Made by a program: the position numbers and the translations under genes
Notes under the pieces: generated by a model
The model's input: only the letters and a program-made list of their open reading frames with translations
The model's database searches: none
Told to the model about the DNA's origin: nothing
Assembly (NCBI RefSeq): GCF_964204645.1
Contig: NC_134026.1
Span: 18,386,150 to 18,450,149, forward strand
Source of the DNA: Tubulanus polymorphus
Taxonomy: Eukaryota > Animalia > Nemertea
Reading direction: 5' to 3'
Length of the DNA: 64,000 bases
Shown: one piece after another, positions 27,473-60,914 of the stretch
Numbering within the stretch: the stretch's first letter is position 1
Layout: every line of letters starts with the position of its first letter

Positions 27473-29984
27473 TGGTGATTACTTTGATTCCAATGTTATA
27501 ATACGATGACTGTGGAACTGATCAACTTGTCAATGATCTGTGGAAATTCAGTATTATTTCATTTCAATGGCGAATAACTTAGTTGAGTAGTTAGGGTATC
27601 AATTTTTTCTTGTTTAGATGATATGCCTGATGTTTGTGTCACGTGAATGTTGTTACGAAATTGCCTTTTCCTTGAATGCTGCACATATTTCTGATTCTTC
27701 CGAATGATTTTCATCGTTTGAATATCTGATCAGAAACTGGGAACTACTATGTGCAGGCTCATATAAGGTTCGGTGAGGTCTATCCACTGCTGATTTTGGA
27801 ATTTCATTATATGTAAACATAACATGGATTAGGATAGGAGCTATGTCTGCGAACAACAGTGTCGGTGAATCAAATTCATGGACGTATAAACTAGATTATA
27901 AATTATGTACTATATTATAAACTAGTTCATACGTCCATGATCTGACTTAGTAGATTCGGGAGTCGATGAGTATGGCATTGATGATATCGATAATGTCATT
28001 GCACGAAAGCATTTTGCCTAACGGTTTTCCCGTTAGCCACCTGTCGATAATATGCGTGATCTACATCCAAAATCAAAAGTGCAGACATAGCTCGAGTGCC
28101 TATTTTATATTCAATGCAATGGCATTACTATCGTCCATTGTACATTTCTTTTTAAATCTTTTCACCAGTATTCCAACGAATAGCTTGGTAAAGTGATGAA
28201 AATTCTTCCTTTACTTGAATTTTATCCTCTATTTTGGAAAGAAAATTTATTGTATTCATGTAGTTCACACGTTATTAGACAAGTCACAGAATCCACAGTT
28301 TAATCTCAAAATTCCACTCTGCAAGTAAAAAAAAAAGTTTAAAAGAGAAATTGGTTATTTCTAAAATATCGTTTGTCTTCAAAATTGTTACCAAGAAAAT
28401 CGATATGTATTCAAACTTGTTGAAGCTGAAGTGCATTGAACTTTGACTTGTGTAAGATTTTTCGAAAAATGATTTAGTAAAAAGTTCTTTTGAAGAGGAG
28501 AAATATTGTCAGTTTTGACTTACAAAAAGAATAAGAAATGAATGGAACGTAAAAAATATCTTCTTTAAAAAAAGACAATTTTGTTAAATTATCTATCGAT
28601 GTTTTCCTGGTATCGCCTAATACTTGAAGGCTACAATCACAAAAAGAATTCAACTACGATTCATATTTTGTGATTGATACATGTATCATAATTAGGAATA
28701 TCGTTTCAGTGATGAATTTTTACATTCCATTCCCAAAACAAGCGGCTTCACAACATTTAATGTTTTGTATGAAATAGGTCATTTTGAAATAAAGCACGAG
28801 ATGAGACTTATACGACTATTATGAATGCGTTTTCTTGGACTATTCGTTCCTGTTCGATGCGCTCAGCCATTATGATGAAGTTCATCGCCAGTTGTAAACA
28901 GAGCGGCAGAGCAGATCGATTTGAATTTCATGTTTTCTATCTTAATTATTGCTGAAAAAGTTTTGAATAAGCAGGAACAGCCCCGCGACCACCAGAAAAA
29001 CCCAGCGCTACCAAAATCTGGAGTTGTCAATCAAACAGTGAGCAGCAAGGATACCGAATGTCTGTCATGTGCGCACTCGCCTAGTAGGCGCCGTAATTGC
29101 TTACTCTGGAACGGCTTTTTGAAAAACCGCATACGTTTTTGTAACTTTATTGGTTACTTTTCTTTGAGGAGAATAGATTGTTGTCAATCATATACCATTT
29201 TATTCAGATCCGTCCGTACAGCACCATTCCATAGATAGGAATTTGACTGAACCGTATTACTATACAAGATCTTATCTAAAATAACAGATTAACTGATTGA
29301 CAGAAAATTACTAGGGAAATACTACAGCTGATATTGTCTTTTTGACAATTAAAAATTTTCAAAATTTATTCAGATAAATGATTGAGGCTGAACAGTACCG
29401 GTATAGAGAATTACAAATGTGTTGAAAAGATCGAATACAATGTATACACAAATAAGAGAAATGTGCTGTGAAAACAAGTGCTATGCGAACAATAACGGAT
29501 GAAACTAAAGTAGAATGTAGAACTCATTCAGCTCGGACTAGCTCACACGGGCCCAGGCCAAATGGACCCAAATAGAAATCCGAATAAGTGAGAATCTGGA
29601 CTGAACAATTCGAGTAAGAACAATACGAGAGTTCTAGGGCCTACTAGAATGTACATAAAAATAAGAGAATATACATTCCCCATCTGTTTCAACCAGACCC
29701 GAGACTAGGACCTCACCAAAACCGACTGAGCACATATCAGAGAAGGGGACTATTGAGAGGGAAGTCTACTAATGAGCTTAGCAAAGATGAAACTGAAACC
29801 ATAGACCTGACTAATTATTTTTTTTGTATCTTAAGTTTATTTGCCGTAAAAGTTGAGCGGCCATAACAAACAAGCTCCATAACAAACTAAATCACACCCA
29901 CTGGAGTCAAGTGGGGGACTGATCAGTTTAGAAAAAAGAATATTTGAAATAACAGGATAAAGAAACATAATATACAAATCTCCA

Positions 29985-30398
29985 AGAGTAATTGTATATA
30001 TGTTGTTCTAGATCAAAGGTCGAACGGTCGAGCTCATTAAAAAACAAATATTAAAAGTAATTTAAAACTATAATATATTTTCATAGCCGCGTGTATTTTA
30101 TATTATAAATATTTATTCTAGGATATTAATAATTTTAATTTTAAAAGCATATTGTATTAAATCAATTGGTCGCGTCGCTTCGCTCGCACCGCTCCCAATT
30201 GATTTAATTACAATACACAATAAAGAATATATTCATATAATCAAATATATTCTAATAATAATCATTATTCTATTATTTAATCTAAAATACACACGGCTAT
30301 GAAAATATATTGTAGTTTTAAATTGATTTTAATATTTGTTTTTTAATGAGCTCAATCTTTCAACCTGTAATCTAGAACAACATATGAACAATTACTCT
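29985..30398. repeat. Nested imperfect palindrome (outer arms about 125 bp, inner stem about 20 bp, GC-rich apex)
   Basis: AGAGTAATTGTATATATGTTGTTCTAGAT...CATAGCCGCGTGTATTTTA pairs with TAAAATACACACGGCTATG...ATCTAGAACAACATATGAACAATTACTCT; inner stem TATTGTATTAAATCAATTGG / CCAATTGATTTAATTACAATA surrounds TCGCGTCGCTTCGCTCGCACCGCTC. Confidence 0.92.
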
Positions 30399-30461
30399 AA
30401 TATTTTTATATATGAAAATCATATAAATGAAATCAATTTTAATAAAAAATTTGTTATTAAA

Positions 30462-30827
30462 ATGGAGAGTAAACAAGTACACAGTGAGAACAACAAATCA
30501 TTCTTAAATAGAATCAAAGATACTACAAATGTCAAATCAGTAGATTATAAATTTAAGAAGTTAAATGATTTAACATTACATAAGAAATATTTAATAAGAA
30601 ATATTGAAACAATAACTAATAGATATGGTAATAAATTAGTTATTCACTTAGAATATGAAGGATTAAAAGGAAATAAATATAAATTCAGAACATATTTACC
30701 AGATAGATTTCATAGCTTATCAAGTGAAGATCTAGAAGAATTATGTTCTGGTGATTTCTATTTCATATACAAAGGTAAGAATGAAAAAGGGAACCATGAT
30801 ATAGATTTCGAATATAAAAATATGTAA
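30462..30827 (+). CDS. Intact 121-aa virus/element-type protein, possibly an OB-fold-like nucleic-acid-binding protein
   Basis: ATG in TAAAATGG context, no introns; pattern FKKLNDL...Y.I.....TNRYG.KLVIHL...YLPDRF recalls small proteins of invertebrate Polinton-like elements (recollection, not searched). Confidence 0.6.
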   Translation: MESKQVHSENNKSFLNRIKDTTNVKSVDYKFKKLNDLTLHKKYLIRNIETITNRYGNKLVIHLEYEGLKGNKYKFRTYLPDRFHSLSSEDLEELCSGDFYFIYKGKNEKGNHDIDFEYKNM

Positions 30828-30832
30828 AATAA

Positions 30833-31963
30833 ATGGTAGAATTAAAAGAATATAGAATATTTGTTGATTCTAGAAAACTTACAAATTATAAATCTCATAA
30901 TTTACTAGTACAATTGGATAGAGAATTTAAAAATTGTGTAGATTTAAAATTAGTAAATATAGGTTTATATAATTCTTTTTATAATATATCGAATAAAAGT
31001 CTTGATCATTTAGCGTTTTTAATTCATGCTAGAAATTTGAATAAATGGTATCATCTATTTTTAAACCCTGGATTATATAATTCAGAATCATTAGCGCAAG
31101 AAGTTGATAAAAGAGCTCGTTTAAAAATGCTGGATTTGGAATTAAATTTTCAAAAAGTGATATCAATAATAAAGTAAGAATAAAGTTAGCTAAAGATGAA
31201 CATCAATTTGTGGTTAAAAAACCTTTAGCTAAACTACTAATGTCTATTTATTAATGGATGAGACCTGTTTTTCTGGGATATTTTGCTTACTTTTTGGGAT
31301 ACATACCTCATTTATGTCTTAACAGAATGCCAAAAATCGCGGACAACAACTGAATATCCGATATATTTCCAGTTCTGTACCAATTAGATGCATTGGCAAA
31401 AAGACTCCTTAAGTCCAGTTGAATGAGAGAGAAAATCCTCCATTTTGTGAAATTTCTTGAATTTTTACATTGTCACCATGCCTACAAAATGAAGTTATTT
31501 TTCTTGTGGGGTCTCAACAACTAAATCAGGGTGGCGTAGGCATGGTAACAATGTTCAAATCCAAGAAATTTGACAAAATGGAGGATTTTCTCTCTCATTC
31601 AACTGGACTTAAGGAGTCTTTTTGCCAATCCATCTAATTGGTACAGAACTGGAAATATATCGGATATTCAGTTGTTTTCCGCGATTTTTGGCATTCTGTT
31701 AAGACATAAATGAGGTATGTATCCCAAAAAGTAAGCAAAATATCCCAGAAAAACAGGTCTCATCCATTAATAAATAGACATTAGGAATTAACCCAGATGT
31801 AAGGATACGTAGTGCTGATGCTACACCAAACTTAATACCTTACACACACTTTTATATTTAGTGCAATTTAATTGATGCTACAAAAACATTCGAGCAACTA
31901 AAGATACAACTTCTAGTATAATCTAGTATATTAAATATTCTACCAGTGAAGAACGTTAAAGAA
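30833..31963 (+). pseudogene. Disrupted minor capsid (penton-like, single jelly-roll) gene
   Basis: N-terminal IFVDSR...FKNCVDLKLVNIGLYNSFYNI...LNPGLYNSESLAQEV; after a 1-nt frameshift near 31125 and removal of the 31240-31781 insert the frame continues ...KPLAKLLGINPD...PNLIPYTHFYI*CNLID...SSILNILPV. Confidence 0.65.
31240..31781. mobile_element. Foldback element/MITE with about 245-bp near-perfect inverted arms and a TA duplication
   Basis: TA|ATGTCTATTTATTAATGGATGAGACC ... GGTCTCATCCATTAATAAATAGACAT|TA; removal restores CTA GGA ATT (L-G-I) in frame. Confidence 0.9.
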
Positions 31964-31964
31964 C

Positions 31965-32224
31965 CACAGGATCGTAGAGCAACGTAGATACACTGTGGAG
32001 ACAGCCACTGCCCATCCTCGCTTGCCAGGGGTCCAGTATCACTCCCAAACTCGCTTCCACTAGTTCGGCGAACAGCTTTAGCGTAGTGGGTTCGAATCCC
32101 TTGACGGGGGAAGATGAAGCAAGCCACCCGCTGAATCCATAATTAAGTCCAACTCCCGGTATTTAGTGCTTGCCATAACGCGGAAGTAAGTCCAAATAAA
32201 TAAAAATCAATAAATAAATAAATA
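31965..32224 (+). mobile_element. tRNA-derived SINE-like element
   Basis: Pol III B-box GGTTCGAATCCC at 32089-32100, weak A-box near 31975, (AATA)n 3' tail. Confidence 0.55.
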
Positions 32225-32552
32225 CACGAACGTCAAATAAAAGGCCTAAATTTCCATTTTGAAAGTTCAACGAGATAAAGAATCAAAACCAATACTAGCG
32301 AGGGTCTTCACACAACAAGCAACATATTTGCAGCTACTGTCCTGTCATCGGTACGGTCTAAAAATTTAAGCCTACCACCAGTCCAATGATTAGGTAACTA
32401 ACTACTATCACCAACCAAGAAGGGCATTTCCAAACATAAAAATCCTGGGAAACACAAATAACATCGGAAATACTTAATGCTGTAATGGACTTGAGCCCTT
32501 ACTTGTTACTATCATCACTATCGCCTACAATGGAGGCAAATGTCTCAAGGAT

Positions 32553-32663
32553 ATCAGGACCCGGTTTTATAGATTGGTATTACCTTTAACCCGGGCCTGA
32601 CTCAATTGATAATGAATTGAGTTAGCCTCTGGGTTGAAGGTAATACCAGAAAACCAGGCCCTG
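32553..32663. mobile_element. Small palindromic MITE
   Basis: CAGGACCCGGTTTT..TGGTATTACCTTTAACCC..ACTCAATT / AATTGAGT..GGGTTGAAGGTAATACCA..AAAACCAGGCCCTG. Confidence 0.6.
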
Positions 32664-33149
32664 GTGCAAAAATGTGCTCTCAATGTAGATCCATATTTGA
32701 GAGTATTCAATAAGCCACTTGTTGGCAGTTAGAGATGGTACCTTGCAAGTCTTTGATTATTAATCAAAAGCTACCTCTAACCTTTTGTGAGATCGTAACA
32801 ACACATAAGGTCTATGTGTCATACTGACAACACATAAGGTTTATGTGAACATGCCAGTGTAGTAAGACAGTACTCTACCGGGATATCTGGATATGAAAAT
32901 TAATTATCAAAAATTGCCCTGGTGCAAAAATGTGCTCTCAATGTAGATCCATATTTGAGAGTATTCAATAAGCCACTTGTTGGCAGTTAGAGATGGTACC
33001 TTGCAAGTCTCTGATTATTAATCAAAAGCTACCTCTAACCTTTTGTGAAATCGTAACAGAACTACTGACAACACATAAGGTCTATGTGAACATGCCGGTG
33101 TAGTAAGGAAGTACTCTACCGGGATATCTGGATATGAAAATTAATTATC
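32658..33149. repeat. Tandem duplication, period about 258 bp
   Basis: GCCCTGGTGCAAAAATGTGCTCTCAATG...GGATATGAAAATTAATTATC occurs at 32658 and 32916, nearly identical. Confidence 0.92.
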
Positions 33150-33178
33150 TTTTTAGTTTATAGAAAGTTGCTGAAAAG

Positions 33179-56201
<23,023 letters not shown>

Positions 56202-56267
56202 TGTTAGCGATACGTCTTAGGAGGATTTAGATAGTTCGCCATTTTAGTGACACAGTTTAATAACATT

Positions 56268-56391
56268 ATTTTCAGCAATACGTGGTAGTACTGTAATCCT
56301 CTCTGTAAGAAGGTTTACAGTGAAACTTGATTTTCAGCAATACGTGGTAGTACTGTAATCCTCTTTGTAAGAAGGTTTACAGTGAAACTTG
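56268..56391. repeat. 62-bp tandem duplication in the TTC39 3' UTR
   Basis: ATTTTCAGCAATACGTGG...CAGTGAAACTTG twice, one mismatch. Confidence 0.92.
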
Positions 56392-56971
56392 AGCCTAATG
56401 TAATGTTTCTCATTAAATTGTTTTGGGCTAATCAAAGTTTAGTGCGGTATTGTAAAATAAATGTCTGTCTTAATGTGTGAGGTTTTAATGTAAGAAAGAG
56501 TATATCATTCATATTATCATTGGAGTATAAGAAATGTTCTTATATAGCCAGATGCATAATTAGAAGGAATTACCTAAGCGCCCAGAGTTATGAATCTACC
56601 GGTACTGGTAAATGAAATCAATGGATGGGGGAGAGAGAATTGATTTTCGATTGAAGCTTTTACTGTCTTTGTGAAACCTTGACACCTGCTATTGCTATCC
56701 TATTGCCATTCAAGCATTCATTGGCAATTTACTCGCAATGCATGGTTATGAAGCCTACCTAAAAGCTGACCACAATCGCTAAGATTTGTACTCGCCGAAA
56801 GTCTGTTTGGGGCTTTTCAAAAATTTTAACTGATAATCATTTTCACTGTACCGGTATGTCCAGGAACATTCCATCATAATGAAGGGTACAAATGATATTG
56901 CATCAAGTTTACAGCTACAGTTAAAACGGATCTGTGACTGTGTATTTAGCTTTTTTTAGGTGATAGATGTA

Positions 56972-58214
56972 TTTTTAGCCTACTTGGGACTTTAGTCCCA
57001 GCAGGCTATTGCGTTCACTTTTCGTCCGTCATTCGTCCGTCCGTAGACGGAATGCAGTTATTTTGGGAAGATTTGAAGATGCTTCAAGGTAATGTCTTGA
57101 TATTTGGTTATGCGTGTATCTACCCTAGACACATCTTCAGCCCAAAAACTGGCCCTGTCAGAATCAAGATGGCCGACTGGCAGCCATTGTTCTTCGCCAA
57201 AATCAGCACTTTTTACACGATTTTGAACTTTTTGAGGAAAATTTTGAAGACGCCTTGTTCAATTACCTTGATCTTTTGTATATATTTGAACAAAAATTGG
57301 GTCGATCGGACTCCAGATGGTTGTCCTATGACCTTTTGACCTTTTAAGTGCCCAAAAATGTCAATTTTGGCTCGAATTCTGAGTCCTGTAGCTTCCTACT
57401 GGTTTGCCATTTCTCATTGCAATTGCTGATGGGTATTCTTTGGAAAGGGATGTTATATACCTGAGACAGGTATTTTTGATTAGCCAATTATGGCGCAATT
57501 GGCGGCCATCTTGGTGTCATCAGTACTCATTCGTAGGTGGGAAAAAGACATTTTCAACATTATATTGATACCTAAGCATATTTTGTTCATCAATGAATTA
57601 GAAAGTTGTAGCTTATAACGTGTTCTATGATTGTGGTGAGTTTCAAGTTCATTGGTTTTTGTATATGGCCACCAGGGGGCGTTGAATAATACAATATCTT
57701 AGTATTTCTATATTATATTTGTACCAACACATATTTTGTTACCACAATCGATTGCAAAGTTGTGGCTCATGACATCGTCTATGAATGTGGTGAGTTTTAA
57801 GGAAATTAGTTATTCTATATGGTCACCAGGTGGCGTTGAATAGTAGAATAACCTAGAATTTCCTTATTATATTGGTACTTAGGCATATTTTGTTACCATG
57901 ATCAATTGCAAAGTTGTAGTTCATGACATGTTCTATGATTGTGGTGAGTTACAAGGTTATTGGGTTTTGGATATGGTCACCAGGGGGCGTTGAATAACTT
58001 AGTATTTCCATAATAAATTGGTAACGAGGCATATTTTGTTATCGCAATCAATTTCAAAATCGTAGCTGCTTACATGTCCTATGATTGTGGTGAGTTTCAA
58101 GGTCATTGGTTTTTGTATATGGTCACCAGGGGGCGTTGAATATTGAAATTGTTAGATCGTTGAGCATTTGAAACCACTTTACAAGTGGGCATGGTGTCCC
58201 TGGACCCCTAGTTT
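56972..58214 (+). mobile_element. Full-length Helentron-associated non-autonomous element (HINE/DINE-like)
   Basis: TTTTTAGCCTACTT then hairpin TGGGACT-TT-AGTCCCA, (CGTC)n microsatellite, four about 150-bp tandem repeats, 3' AAGTGGGC plus small hairpin then CTAGTTT. Confidence 0.82.
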
Positions 58215-59279
58215 ATGTTAACAACTACATGTACTAGGTACATTTGAGTTTTAAAATTTTATCTAAGTTATTTCTAGGTTGATCTGTGAGCACAAAATAT
58301 GTATGTAGCAACATGACAGTAGGCATATAGTTATAATAGGTGCAACCTACTTGTAAAGGTTATGGCTGGTAAAATCTGAGAGTTTGAAAAAACCGAGTTT
58401 GAGATTTTGCAATATCCTAGTCTTGCAATAGTATTCAAATATAGTGGGGTCTTGATAGGTGAAAATTTGTATTTATGACCAGTTGAAATATTGATTGGTA
58501 ATGTTGTTGAGGTTGCCATCGGATAGTAATCACACTATTTTCCTGTGGAATCACAGGCTTTTTACTTAGTAATCTGAACTTTGAAAAAAAACTGGTGTTT
58601 TTATAAAATTTCTATGTTATGTATTTACCATTCTATAGTTTATGAGAATAGAATCTGATTAACAATGAGAAATAATGGTTATCAATCTCAGAGTTTTCTT
58701 GTGTCCATATACAGGGCACTACTGCCGCAACAAATTTTGTAAAAGTGAATATTAGGCTTCAGCCTGCTGATAAACTGTGGATTTATACCTTCAAATTTGC
58801 GGAATATCAGAAATAATCGCCACTGAATTTAGTTCAGGTGCACAGATTTTGCGACCGTTGTCAAACTAACTGCACCTGAATTTCAATTAGTCCAGGACCG
58901 TGGCTTGGAATATCTGAACCATACAAAAAAGGACTGTCATGCTGGTACCAAAACAGTGGAGAGTTAAATTAACATGTTGAAGTTTCATCAGCTTGCTCAC
59001 ATGCTGTTCAGGTGATAGTTTTAACCAGTCAGGACCACTTGTTACATCTGAAGGTCACCCTAGAGATTGAATTTCCTTTTGCCATGAGAGCCAATTTCAT
59101 AGACTTTTCCTATTTTCAAATTTTGAATTTGTTAAGAATCTGACACTTTTAAGTAACCTAATTAAGTGGAACATAGAAAGAAATACTTAAACAACTGGTA
59201 CCAGTTGCTCAAAAGTGACTCGCCCCAGGTGCTCCAATGTCTATCTATCATTTGAAATATGATACGGTAAAATTGTTAA

Positions 59280-59551
59280 CCCTTTCAGTGCGGTGTACAA
59301 ATCAGTGATGGATTTTGCTAGTACACTGCACTGCGGTGTATTGATTTAATTAGTAATTACTAATTATCTCTCTTGAAAGATGGCAGCACCTGTCAAACAT
59401 AGTGAAATATTAGTAACTAACGATATACCGCGCCAGGGTGTAGACGCACTATAGTGCTATTCCCGTTATTCAACACACTAGGGTGGAATTTTTCAGAATT
59501 TTCAAATTATCTTCAGCACTATAGGGTATTAATTAGCCAGCACTGAAAGGG
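59280..59551. mobile_element. piggyBac-like MITE
   Basis: TTAA|CCCTTTCAGTGC ... GCACTGAAAGGG|TTAA; a related short copy is at about 42783-42860. Confidence 0.85.
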
Positions 59552-60618
59552 TTAATCATCTCATTTTTGGTTCCCTTGGTAGAATCGATAGCTGCAATCG
59601 CATGAAAATTTTGGTTCCCAACTAGTTCCAATAGTGACCCCTTGATTGTATAGCGTCGAATGCGTGGTTTGCATGTGAACACCCTCTCTAATTAATATAG
59701 GCATTGGACAAATCATCCTGTGTGATCGCTGCTAATATTTTTGAATATTTATTTTAGTGGTGGTTATTTTCGTAGGCTATTGTATGTAACGATGGACGTA
59801 TTGAGTAGAGCTCAGTAGTTTATACATCCACGCTCTAACCATTCTGTTGTGATTTGATAATCAAGTACTGGTACTATAAATAAATATATTTGATATTTTA
59901 GACATCTTAAGCGATTTATTTTTTATATATAACAAGGACTTGTTCAGACGGTGTTTTTTGGATAATTTTCAGCAAACTGCTATGTAATCAATCAGCAGCC
60001 AACTTAGTATCATCTATTGGAAGGAGATTTTTTATGGTAAATTAAAGGATTGATACAGTTCCCAAAAATTGCCCAGTTATGCAATGACTTAATTCATGGC
60101 GAGGAACTCCATCGAAAATGAATCACGTTAGCCCAAGGCTTAAGTTGATACCAATCTATAAATCTGACCCCTAGATAGATCAAGGTGTCATTAAATAATG
60201 AGGTATTTTCTGTGAAGGGGCATTGATGGGAAAGGTACATTGGCCATGTACATACTGCTCCCAATTATGTACCTAGGGAGGTTTAAAACTGAATTTTGAG
60301 CATGTACTTCGTGGATGGCCTAAATATTTTACTAGTTTCAAAGAAGGCATCAATAGCGTTCCTGCTGTACATTCCTAACTTTTTATTCCTCCACAACTTT
60401 ATTCCATTCATGGGCTTTATTCCACATTCATTCACCCAGACAGTTTCAATGCCGAATACCAGACTCCCCAGACATTTACAATATATCTAGTAGTTCTGGT
60501 TTAGGAGGCACTGTCAGTAGATCATCCTTCTAATTAACCATAAGATATTTGCTCACTGGGAATCAAATGTGCAGCTGAGCGAGTCGACAAGGTACACACT
60601 ATCCGTGTAAGATGGATA

Positions 60619-60914
60619 ATGAGAGAAATCCCACAAAGATTCAGTCCGAGATTAAAAATACTTGAAGAATAAATTACCCCTAGTTTGTCGTTTGCCTCCT
60701 TTGGTCTCTGGATTTTGTTGTTTAATTACTTCAATCTTAATCCTTTAATCTTTGTCCTATTGTCAGAATCTTGTATAAATATTCTGTCATTTTATTTTTG
60801 TTTCTCAGTACGCCTGATGATGGCTAGCGTTTAGCTGAAACGTTGCTCTTAATAAATTCTCTTTTATTCAAGTATTTTCAATCTCGGACTGAATCATTGT
60901 GGGATTTCTCTCAT
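60619..60914 (+). mobile_element. Penelope-like pseudo-LTR remnant with inverted ends
   Basis: 48-bp inverted repeat ATGAGAGAAATCCCACA..TACTTGAA / TTCAAGTA..TGTGGGATTTCTCTCAT flanking a hammerhead-like core and AATAAA. Confidence 0.7.
60811..60847 (+). ncRNA. Minimal type I hammerhead ribozyme-like motif
   Basis: CTGATGA-T-GGCTA(gcgtt)TAGCT-GAAA-CG-TT; both core boxes and a 5-bp stem II are present, stem I is very short. Confidence 0.55.

Larger units (their letters stand above)
29985..31963 (+). mobile_element. Endogenous Polinton/Maverick-like or Polinton-like-virus fragment
   Basis: Very AT-rich block with a long palindrome and two intronless genes only 5 bp apart (TAA AATAA ATG); the second gene carries minor-capsid-like motifs. 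Confidence 0.7.

Noticed and set aside
30336-30461. TTG-initiated N-terminal extension of the 163-aa ORF
   Set aside because: Starts at TTG inside the palindrome arm; ATG 30462 in TAAAATGG context is more plausible.
57560-58140. CRISPR-like regular repeats
   Set aside because: Whole units are homologous with no unique spacers; eukaryotic transposon-internal tandem repeat.
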